Origin: Candidatus Altimarinota bacterium
GTDB taxonomy: Bacteria > Patescibacteriota > Gracilibacteria > 1-14-2-50-48-13
Direction: 5' to 3'
DNA: 64,000 nt
Assembly (NCBI GenBank): GCA_046314355.1
Contig: JBKBWQ010000001.1
Coordinates: 32,001-96,000, forward strand
The translations under genes were made by a program, and so were the position numbers. Every line of letters starts with the position of its first letter. Position 1 is the stretch's first letter. The notes under the pieces were generated by a model, which was given only the letters and a program-made list of their open reading frames with translations, did not search any database and was not told the origin of the DNA. Below are positions 56,623-64,000 of this stretch, piece by piece.

Positions 56623-58965
56623 TTATTCCCACTTCCATTCAGTGATCCACTCAGGATCAGTACCGAATTCTGTGATATAAGCTCTATGGGAGAGAAGAAG
56701 ATTTTCGATCTCTTTTCTTGCTACATCGCAGGTTCTGGAAGGTGCAAGGTTCTGTTCCTTCATAATTTCGAGTGCATCCATGATGAGATGGTATCTGCTG
56801 GTCTGATTTCTCACATGCATATCAAAAGGTGTCGTCGTAGAACCCTCTTCCATATATCCATGAATATGGAATCTAGAAGGCGCCTCCTTAGTATCAAAAA
56901 TGAGATGTTTTACATCTGCTGTATATCCGTGATAGTTGAAAATTACGTGTTTATCAGGAGTAAAATATGAATTAAACTCTTTATTCGTAGTAAGAGATCT
57001 TGGATCTGAAACACCTAGTGCAGTCATTTCAGAGACGTTTACATACCTTGTCTTGATTTCAGGGAATCTCTCTCTAAGCCATTTGACTGCAGCAAGAGTC
57101 TCTGTTGTCTGATAGAATCCTGCACTTGCGAAGACGATATCAGGATTCTTCTTACTTGCAAAATCCCAGATACCAATACCCGTTTTTACCTGTTTTCGGG
57201 CTTCATCAAGACTAAGCCACTGTAGTGCTTCCTGTTTGCAGGTAACAATTACATTAATACAATTTGTATCAGTAAGACACTCTTCCATTACTGCGATAGT
57301 ACTATTCAGATCTACAGGGAAGTACACACTTGCGAAGTTTCCATTTTTTTCAAGAATATTACTTACAAATCCAGGATTTTGATGAGAGAAACCGTTGTGA
57401 TCCTGTCTCCATCCAAGACTTGCAAGTAAATAATTGAAAGATGGAACTGGCTTTCTCCATGCGTATTCACGTGAAGCTTTTAGAAATTTTCCATATTGAT
57501 CGCACATGCTTGAGACGATCTGGATGAAAGCTTCATAGGAAGAAAAAATCCCGTGCCGTCCTGTAAGAACGTATCCCTGCATCATTCCCTGAAGCGTGTG
57601 TTCCGAGAGCATTTCTACGGTTCTACCATGTGGAGAGATGGATACATCATGCTGAAGAATTGGCCATTGAAAAGCTCTAGGTGCTGCTTCATAGACAGCA
57701 TCGAGTTTATTTGAAGTGGTCTCATCAGGACAGAAAAGCCGTGCGGAAGTAGGATTATTTTTGATAATATCTCTAAAATAGGTTCCTGCTCCTTTTGTGG
57801 CAAAACCGATATCATGACCTCTTTTTCCTAGAGGGAATGCATAGTTTTTGAGTTTCGGAAGTTTCAATGCTTTTCTGATTTCTCCGCCGAAGGCATGTTT
57901 ATTGTTTCCCATTCGTAGCTTTTCGGGAGGCAGCATGGCAAGGATATCCTTTGAAAATCCTTTTTTAGCATCATAAAGTTCTTCAATCTTGTAGCTTTTC
58001 AGCCATTTTTCAAGGGCTTTAAGTTCTGTGGGATCGTTTTTTGGATCGTGTACTACTATCTGATGTGAGAGATTATTATTTTCAATATCTTGTCCATGAA
58101 GTGTTTTGATCCCAGTCCATCCCTTCGCACTTCTTAGGATAACCATCGGCCACTGAGGTTTAAGTACATCCTTTTCGGTACGTGCCGTAGTCTGAATAGC
58201 TTTAATCTCTTTATATGCAGCATGCATTGTCTCAGACATTATTGCATGTGGATCTTTTGCTTTGAAAATGTCTACGAAGTGAACTTTGTATCCGTATCCT
58301 TCATAAAGCTTTGTAAGTTCCTTATCACTCATTCTTCCTGTGATAGTTGGACCTGTAATCTTGTATCCATTTAAATGAAGAATAGGAAGCACGGCTCCAT
58401 CCTGCTTAGGATCGAGAAACTTATTACTATGCCAAGCAGCGGCTGTAGGACCAGTCTCAGCTTCACCGTCTCCGATGATACATGCGGCGATAAGATCAGG
58501 GTTATCCATCACTGCGCCGAAAGCTGTAGAAAGACTATACCCAAGTTCACCTCCTTCAACGATCATTCCAGGAGCACCAGGATTGGAGTGACTTGGAAAT
58601 CCGTATGCTTGCGAGAATTTGTGAATTAATTCTGAAAGACCTTTGTAGTTATATGGAAGATTTTTGTAATATTTTGTAAGTGTTTTCTCTAAGAAAAGAC
58701 TAGCCTGAATAGCAGGGAATCCATGGCCGGGACCCAGGATAAACATCATGTTTGCATTGTTTTCTTTGATGATTTCATTGAGATGCATCCATGTAAAATT
58801 GATACCTGGTACCGTACCCCAATGTCCAAGAAGGCGAGCCTTGATATGCTCGGGTTTAAGCGGCTCTTGTAGGAGAAAGTTATCTTGAAGGAAAATCTGC
58901 GCGGCAGCTACGTAGTTTAGTGCCCGGAAATATTCAGGAAAATGAGAGGAAGAGGATGGTTTCAT
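56623..58965 (-). CDS. xfp: Phosphoketolase (XFP)
   Basis: RLLGHWGT.PG, GPGHG, EGGELGY, GDGEAETGP, LHLNGYKI, PDET.SN, LSEH, WRQDHNGFSHQ.PGF. Confidence 0.96.
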   Translation of the reverse strand: MKPSSSSHFPEYFRALNYVAAAQIFLQDNFLLQEPLKPEHIKARLLGHWGTVPGINFTWMHLNEIIKENNANMMFILGPGHGFPAIQASLFLEKTLTKYYKNLPYNYKGLSELIHKFSQAYGFPSHSNPGAPGMIVEGGELGYSLSTAFGAVMDNPDLIAACIIGDGEAETGPTAAAWHSNKFLDPKQDGAVLPILHLNGYKITGPTITGRMSDKELTKLYEGYGYKVHFVDIFKAKDPHAIMSETMHAAYKEIKAIQTTARTEKDVLKPQWPMVILRSAKGWTGIKTLHGQDIENNNLSHQIVVHDPKNDPTELKALEKWLKSYKIEELYDAKKGFSKDILAMLPPEKLRMGNNKHAFGGEIRKALKLPKLKNYAFPLGKRGHDIGFATKGAGTYFRDIIKNNPTSARLFCPDETTSNKLDAVYEAAPRAFQWPILQHDVSISPHGRTVEMLSEHTLQGMMQGYVLTGRHGIFSSYEAFIQIVSSMCDQYGKFLKASREYAWRKPVPSFNYLLASLGWRQDHNGFSHQNPGFVSNILEKNGNFASVYFPVDLNSTIAVMEECLTDTNCINVIVTCKQEALQWLSLDEARKQVKTGIGIWDFASKKNPDIVFASAGFYQTTETLAAVKWLRERFPEIKTRYVNVSEMTALGVSDPRSLTTNKEFNSYFTPDKHVIFNYHGYTADVKHLIFDTKEAPSRFHIHGYMEEGSTTTPFDMHVRNQTSRYHLIMDALEIMKEQNLAPSRTCDVARKEIENLLLSHRAYITEFGTDPEWITEWKWE

Positions 58966-59097
58966 AGACTTAAATCTAGAGATAGAATCTGTCTTTTAAG
59001 TATACCACGTAAGCCTTTTTAATACAAAGAACTATAATAACTTATTGTGATTTAATCATAGTATCGAATATTGCTTCATTTCATAAGTAAACAAAAA

Positions 59098-59919
59098 TTA
59101 ATTTACAAACTGCATATTATATTTCTGAATCAGTCCAGTAAGGATTATAGCAACTTCCCCTTTTGTGATAGAGTTTCCTGCGTTCAGCCTCTTAGATTCA
59201 TCTTTTAGTATATTGTTTGAAACAAGAATATACACATATGGAGCATACCAATCTTGTACTGAGACGTCAGTGAAATATACGTAAGTATAGTCTGAGTGCT
59301 GACTTTTCCATAAGGCGAATGATTGTGATATTTGTGATGGTGAATATTTGGCAGAAGCGATGAGTTTTAGGGCTTCTGCTTTTGAGAGAGTTTTATTTGG
59401 TCTAAAGGTGCGGTCTGAATAACCGCTGATCAATTTGCTCTCATACATGCTCATCACTGCAGAATAAAAACTATCTTTCTCTGAAATATCGCTGAAGGGA
59501 TTGAGGCTGGTTCTATCTGCAGTCGGTATTGAAAATGTTTTCGCAAGCAGAGAAGCTATCTCTCCTCTATTCAAAGGCTGATCTGGAGTGATAATACGGT
59601 CAGATGATTCGGGAAAAATATTCGCAGCTAACAGTAGCATGAGTGCGTATCTAGCTGGATGTGTCTCTGAAAGATCTGTGGGAATATATGGAGTGACACA
59701 GTCGGGAGGACAATAGGATAGTTTTTTTGTTTCCTCAATAACTGCTCCTGTACCAGAGATACTGTTGTCATTAACATTGACTTCTGCTGAACTTCGCAGA
59801 TTTTGTGAAGGAGTTTGTATAAGACTACTTTCTAAAAACCTTCCTCCAAGAAATGCAGGTCCAGAGGCAACCGCAATGATAAATACTCCTAGTACAATTT
59901 TTTTTGTTTTTGTGGTCAT
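59098..59919 (-). CDS. SLH-domain protein
   Basis: N-terminal TM; FSDI...ISGYSDRTFRPN..LSKAEALK; FTDV...WYAPY. Confidence 0.85.
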   Translation of the reverse strand: MTTKTKKIVLGVFIIAVASGPAFLGGRFLESSLIQTPSQNLRSSAEVNVNDNSISGTGAVIEETKKLSYCPPDCVTPYIPTDLSETHPARYALMLLLAANIFPESSDRIITPDQPLNRGEIASLLAKTFSIPTADRTSLNPFSDISEKDSFYSAVMSMYESKLISGYSDRTFRPNKTLSKAEALKLIASAKYSPSQISQSFALWKSQHSDYTYVYFTDVSVQDWYAPYVYILVSNNILKDESKRLNAGNSITKGEVAIILTGLIQKYNMQFVN

Positions 59920-60025
59920 ATGGCGAAAAATAATTACTTCACATAATTATACACTAGTTCATCCCCATGCCTTTGTATTTTTTCTCTTTTCCCGAAGCAA
60001 CTTTCATGTAGAATACATCTCGTAC

Positions 60026-60112
60026 GGGCAAATGGCGAAATTGGTAGACGCACTAGCTTCAGGTGCTAGCGGTAGCAATACTGTGAGAGTTCGAATCTCT
60101 CTTTGCCCACCA
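60026..60112 (+). tRNA. tRNA-Leu(CAG)
   Basis: Acceptor GGGCAAA/TTTGCCC-ACCA; D-loop GG; anticodon arm CTAGC-TTCAGGT-GCTAG; long variable arm; GTTCGAATC. Confidence 0.95.
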
Positions 60113-60259
60113 TTCTTCGCTGCTAGACGCAGCTACGAATGGCACGGCCATCATGGAATTATTTCGCAAGCGAAATGACTATAAGATGCACGAAGAAGAA
60201 TGTCCCTCGTAGCCTGCACCTGAACATAAAGGTTGTAGTTATTTGTGGCGTAGAGGGAC
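60113..60259. repeat. REP-like palindromic doublet downstream of the tRNA
   Basis: CTTCGC...GCTACG..TGGCACGGCC and the inverted-type unit TGTCCCTCGTAGC...GCGTAGAGGGAC. Confidence 0.5.
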
Positions 60260-60417
60260 TCCCAGGCTTAAAGAATAGATGTATATTGGTGCGCTGTGAG
60301 TCTACTCAGGCTCTTTTCAAAACACACCGTAAAAAATTTATCCCTCACTACTAAGTACTCTCACTATCACTCACACTCCGAGCCTATTCATGTATAACTT
60401 TGATTCTCATCACAAAC

Positions 60418-60450
60418 AAAAAAAGCTCTTCAGTATTGAAGAGCTTTTTT
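60418..60450. terminator. Bidirectional terminator
   Basis: AAAAAAAGCTCTTCA-GTAT-TGAAGAGCTTTTTT. Confidence 0.8.
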
Positions 60451-60458
60451 AAACGAAT

Positions 60459-60854
60459 CTATTTATTGAATAGAGGCTTATACTTATCCCAGTTTCTCCA
60501 AAGGAAGTAGATATTCAACACAAGTAGTAAGTCTGCCATGATTGCTCCTGGTGTAAATAACCCTGAGTCAAGAAATGCATGGAATCCTACGATATTTACT
60601 GTAAATGGGAGCAAAAGTAATGCAGCGAGTGCTTCGCGGCGGATCCATAGACATACTACTACAGCGGCAAAGACGATGGCTTCGATAAACATTATATATT
60701 TACTGTCCATAAGCAGTTTGATGAACGCAAACGCTTCAGGAGTACCGTACATGTCAGCAGTTGGTGCAGGGAATATGCCTGTAACACCTAGGATAGGCAT
60801 GATGAGGAGCAATGAAAGGAGTACTTTGCAGATAATGTCGATGACTTTTTTCAT
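60459..60854 (-). CDS. DoxX-like membrane protein
   Basis: Four TMs; LLLLPFTVNIVGFH motif; start placed at ATG 60854. Confidence 0.7.
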   Translation of the reverse strand: MKKVIDIICKVLLSLLLIMPILGVTGIFPAPTADMYGTPEAFAFIKLLMDSKYIMFIEAIVFAAVVVCLWIRREALAALLLLPFTVNIVGFHAFLDSGLFTPGAIMADLLLVLNIYFLWRNWDKYKPLFNK

Positions 60855-61023
60855 AGGAAAGATGAGGTAATAATATTGCTCAAATCCTAGCGTAAAATCG
60901 TGAAATGACAAGATTTTTCACTGTTATAGATTGAAAAGATGCTCTTTTATTGAGATAATTATAAAGTAGTATTACAGTTAGATAGATCTCATATATCTCA
61001 TTTATTAAGTAGTAAATAATCTT

Positions 61024-61476
61024 ATGGAACAAGATATAAAAATACTCTACAGCTCTCTCCTCAATGCTTGGAATGCTCAGAATGCTCTAGGTTTTTCAGA
61101 ACTTTTCCTGGAAGACGGAAATGTAATCGGCTATGACGGCAGTCCTTTGAATGGTAAAAAGGCTATTTTCGAAGAGCTTGAACGTATTTTTTCTCATCAT
61201 CCTACATCAAGATTTGTGTATAAAATTTGGGAAATTCGTGAGATAAGTTGTGACACAGTACTTTTAAGATCAGTAGTGGGAATGGTTCCGCGCAGTAATT
61301 TAAACCTTATAGAATCTGTAAATGCTCTGCAGAGTTTGATTGCAGTTCAAAAAGATGGAGAATGGAAGATTGCATTATTCCAGAATACACCTGCTGCTTT
61401 CCATGATAGACCAGAGGAGGTTGCTTCCCTAACTGCTGAACTGAAAGAAGTTATTTTATTACAAATACAAGTATGA
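61024..61476 (+). CDS. SgcJ/EcaC-family NTF2-like protein
   Basis: AWN..A..F..LF..DG..IG.DG...G; W.I..FQNTPA.FH.RPE. Confidence 0.8.
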   Translation: MEQDIKILYSSLLNAWNAQNALGFSELFLEDGNVIGYDGSPLNGKKAIFEELERIFSHHPTSRFVYKIWEIREISCDTVLLRSVVGMVPRSNLNLIESVNALQSLIAVQKDGEWKIALFQNTPAAFHDRPEEVASLTAELKEVILLQIQV

Positions 61477-61988
61477 TCACTCTCTACATTGCTCAATCCA
61501 TTGATGGTTACATAGCGACTCCTGATGGTTCCGTAGATTGGCTTTCGCCCTTTGAAGGACTTGAAGAGGATTATGGGTATAAGGTTTTTCTAGATACTGT
61601 AGATACTCTGATCATAGGTAGAAAGACCTTTGATCAGATTGTTTCCTTTGGTGTCTGGCCGTTTTTTGATAAAAAAGTATATGTACTCTCGAGAAATAAT
61701 GCTCCAGAGAATATACCTGAAGGTGTAACTTTCTTTAAAGAATTTGAGGAAATAAAAAAAGTAATGGAGGTTTCGAAGGGTAATGCCTGGCTTGTAGGTG
61801 GAGGAGAAATTATCAAATTATTTCTCGAATCTTCATCTATTGATGAATTAATCCTTTCTACAATTCCGGTCATGTTAGGAGATGGCATTCCACTTTTCCC
61901 AAAAGGATCTTATAAAGGTAACTGGAGTTTTTCGGAAATAAAGACGTATAAGAACGGTCTCATAACAGCTATCTATAATAAATCCTAG
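61473..61988 (+). CDS. Dihydrofolate reductase / RibD C-terminal family protein
   Basis: YIAQSIDGYIA, GRKTF, WLVGGG, IDE..L..IPV.LG.GIPLF; ATGA overlap with the upstream gene. Confidence 0.88.
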   Translation: MITLYIAQSIDGYIATPDGSVDWLSPFEGLEEDYGYKVFLDTVDTLIIGRKTFDQIVSFGVWPFFDKKVYVLSRNNAPENIPEGVTFFKEFEEIKKVMEVSKGNAWLVGGGEIIKLFLESSSIDELILSTIPVMLGDGIPLFPKGSYKGNWSFSEIKTYKNGLITAIYNKS

Positions 61989-62051
61989 AGAACATTTTTG
62001 TTTTTAAGAAAAGAGGCGTATGCTAGAGGATGATATTTTTTCAAATATATT

Positions 62052-62969
62052 ATGGATAGATCAAAATATAACCCTCTCACGGAAGAAGAAAGATATATTA
62101 TAGAAGATAAAGGAACAGAAGCTCCATATAGCGGTGAATACGAAGAATTTTTTCAGCAGGGAACTTATATTTGTAAAAGGTGTAATACGCCTCTCTACCG
62201 GTCAAAGGATAAGTTTAAAAGCGGATGCGGATGGCCGAGTTTCGATGATTCCATTTCAGGACGCGTTACTGAAACAACGGATGCCGATGGGAGAAGAACT
62301 GAAATTACATGTACCACATGCGGGGCACATTTAGGACATGTATTTAAAGGAGAAGGTTTTACAGAAAAAGATACAAGACACTGCGTAAATTCTCTTTCCA
62401 TGAAATTTATTCCTGAGAAATTAAACGATGCTGAAGAAGAAACTGCAACATTGGGAGGAGGATGTTTTTGGTGTGTTGAAGGCACACTTAGTCTTTTAAA
62501 AGGAGTGTTGAAAGTAGAATCTGGATATAGCGGAGGCAAAAGAGAGAATCCAAGCTATGATCAGGTTTCAACCGGTGCTACTGGACATGTCGAAGTTGCA
62601 CAAGTCACTTTCGATCCGCGCATAATAAATTTTAGACAATTACTTGAAGTGTTTTTTACAATTCATGATCCTACAACTTTAGATAGACAGGGAAATGACA
62701 TAGGAACTCAATATGCATCTGCTATTTTTTATCATTCGTCTGAACAGAAAGAAACTGCTCTGGAAGTCATACAAGAACTCAACGATCAGGATATTTGGGT
62801 TGCTCCTATTGTTACAAAGGTACTGCCTCTTGAAAAATTCTGGAAAGCAGAAGAATATCACCAAGAGTATTTCAAAAATAATGCTTCACAGCCATACTGT
62901 AAAATTGTCATTGACCCGAAGGTGAAAAAACTAAGAGAGAAATGGAAGGACTGGTTGAAAGATAGTTAA
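62052..62969 (+). CDS. msrBA: Bifunctional methionine sulfoxide reductase MsrB-MsrA
   Basis: MsrB: GTE.PY.G, CxxC, SGCGWPSF, HLGHVF, RHCVNS; MsrA: GGGCFWC, TGH.E, AEEYHQ.Y. Confidence 0.95.
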   Translation: MDRSKYNPLTEEERYIIEDKGTEAPYSGEYEEFFQQGTYICKRCNTPLYRSKDKFKSGCGWPSFDDSISGRVTETTDADGRRTEITCTTCGAHLGHVFKGEGFTEKDTRHCVNSLSMKFIPEKLNDAEEETATLGGGCFWCVEGTLSLLKGVLKVESGYSGGKRENPSYDQVSTGATGHVEVAQVTFDPRIINFRQLLEVFFTIHDPTTLDRQGNDIGTQYASAIFYHSSEQKETALEVIQELNDQDIWVAPIVTKVLPLEKFWKAEEYHQEYFKNNASQPYCKIVIDPKVKKLREKWKDWLKDS

Positions 62970-63169
62970 AAGAATTTAGCTCTAGTTCCGAAAATATAGA
63001 GATAATACCTTCTATAAATGTATATTGGAGTTGAGAAGCGACAGAATGGTACTGATATTTTTAAGCAACTGCTCTCAAAATTTAAAAGTCTCTAGTTATA
63101 TCTTTGTCAGTTATTGTCTTAAGTTTTTGAAGTGCTATACTACTGATATATTCTTTCACAGTTAGCGTT

Positions 63170-63706
63170 ATGAATAACTTACAAAAGACTGCTGCTTCGT
63201 TTGCTGCACTCATGCTTTTGACTGCATGCGGTACAGTAGAAAATGCTAACCAAAATGTTCTTCAAGTAGAAACAAGTACAGGTACTACTCTCAATGAAAA
63301 TAGTATGGATCTTGTGAATGCAAATACAAATAGTAATGTGAACTTAAATCTTAATACAAATATAGCTGTACCCGTACAGTCTGAGTATGTCAGGAATCTT
63401 TCATTAGTACAGAATCAGACAGTGGAAAGTCCTTTGGTAATAAGCGGTGAAGTAAAGGGATGGTATTTTGAAGGATCTTTTCCAATAGAGATTCAAGATG
63501 CAAACGGAAAAGTACTTGCAATTGTACCTGCACAAGCAAAAGGTGAGTGGATGACTGAGAACTTTGTGCCGTTCAGTGCTTCACTAAATTTCTCAGCACC
63601 GACAACTGCTACAGGAAATGTTGTACTCAGAAAAGACAATCCGTCAGGACTTCCTGAAAACGATATGTCCTATACTGTTCCTGTAAAATTTGTAGGAGCA
63701 CAGTAA
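63170..63706 (+). CDS. Lipoprotein with Gmad2 Ig-like domain
   Basis: Lipobox LTAC; Asn-rich linker; SPL.ISG...WYFEGSFP...G.WM...VPF...DNPSG. Confidence 0.8.
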   Translation: MNNLQKTAASFAALMLLTACGTVENANQNVLQVETSTGTTLNENSMDLVNANTNSNVNLNLNTNIAVPVQSEYVRNLSLVQNQTVESPLVISGEVKGWYFEGSFPIEIQDANGKVLAIVPAQAKGEWMTENFVPFSASLNFSAPTTATGNVVLRKDNPSGLPENDMSYTVPVKFVGAQ

Positions 63707-63717
63707 TATGAAATTAT

Positions 63718-63752
63718 AAAAAAAGAGGAGTCTTATGAGACTCCTCTTTTTT
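63718..63752. terminator. Bidirectional terminator
   Basis: AAAAAAAGAGGAGTC-TTATGA-GACTCCTCTTTTTT. Confidence 0.8.
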
Positions 63753-63755
63753 GTT

Positions 63756-64000
63756 TTACTGCGTAATCATCATGCTTCCTGATCCGTTCATTTTGTCCTG
63801 CATCTTGATGTATTTTACATCCTTAGCTCCCCGCATTTGAAGCCCCTTCTCCTTTGGATTTGCATCAATGTCCTTCATCATATGGACTCTCATAAAAGTA
63901 CCTGCTGCCGCTCCTAGAAGACCTAAGATAAGGAGAGTAATAATAAGTCTGAGCTGTGTTTTCTTGTCAGAATACTTGAAGCACCAGACGAAGAGAAGGA
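63756..64000 (-). CDS. 3' part of a membrane protein running off the window end
   Basis: Open minus-strand frame ...LLFVWCFKYSDKKTQLRLIITLLILGLLGAAAG...SGSMMITQ* ending at the terminator. Confidence 0.55.
   Translation of the reverse strand, partial: LLFVWCFKYSDKKTQLRLIITLLILGLLGAAAGTFMRVHMMKDIDANPKEKGLQMRGAKDVKYIKMQDKMNGSGSMMITQ

Noticed and set aside
60026-64000. Integrative element or prophage at tRNA-Leu
   Set aside because: No integrase, phage genes or duplicated tRNA 3' end within the window

Overview
A 64-kb chromosomal segment in standard genetic code 11 from an AT-rich bacterium. Gene content and style point to a CPR/Patescibacteria genome, possibly Peregrinibacteria-like; this is inference from SLH proteins, many E/K-rich ORFans, mostly SD-less starts, xfp-ackA fermentation and a domain-inserted IleRS. 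Housekeeping genes: rarA, ileS (type 2, with an inserted histidine-phosphatase domain), secA, ppa, typA, mscL, trmB, a complete F-type ATP synthase operon, xfp-ackA, an msrB-msrA fusion and tRNA-Leu(CAG). Accessory functions: a LexA/UmuD-like plus Y-family polymerase cassette, a crtI-crtB-crtE-lycopene elongase (C45/C50 carotenoid) operon, two Na+/H+ antiporter-like genes, an STT3-like GT-C membrane protein and a 1762-aa surface protein. The most striking signals are non-coding: (i) an actinobacterial-type ultra-short-Stem-I Ile T-box upstream of ileS whose helices carry palindromic repeat insertions; (ii) a ~250-280-bp multi-hairpin element in two diverged full copies and one partial copy, each just after a stop codon; (iii) an ORF-less ~245-nt multi-branched region with its own promoter and U-tract end, convergent with the polymerase gene; (iv) a ~65-nt two-hairpin candidate sRNA. 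The ATP synthase c subunit carries a Na+-type ion-binding signature. No CRISPR array, rRNA, integrase or intact transposase was seen. All family calls come from motif recognition by eye; no searches were run.
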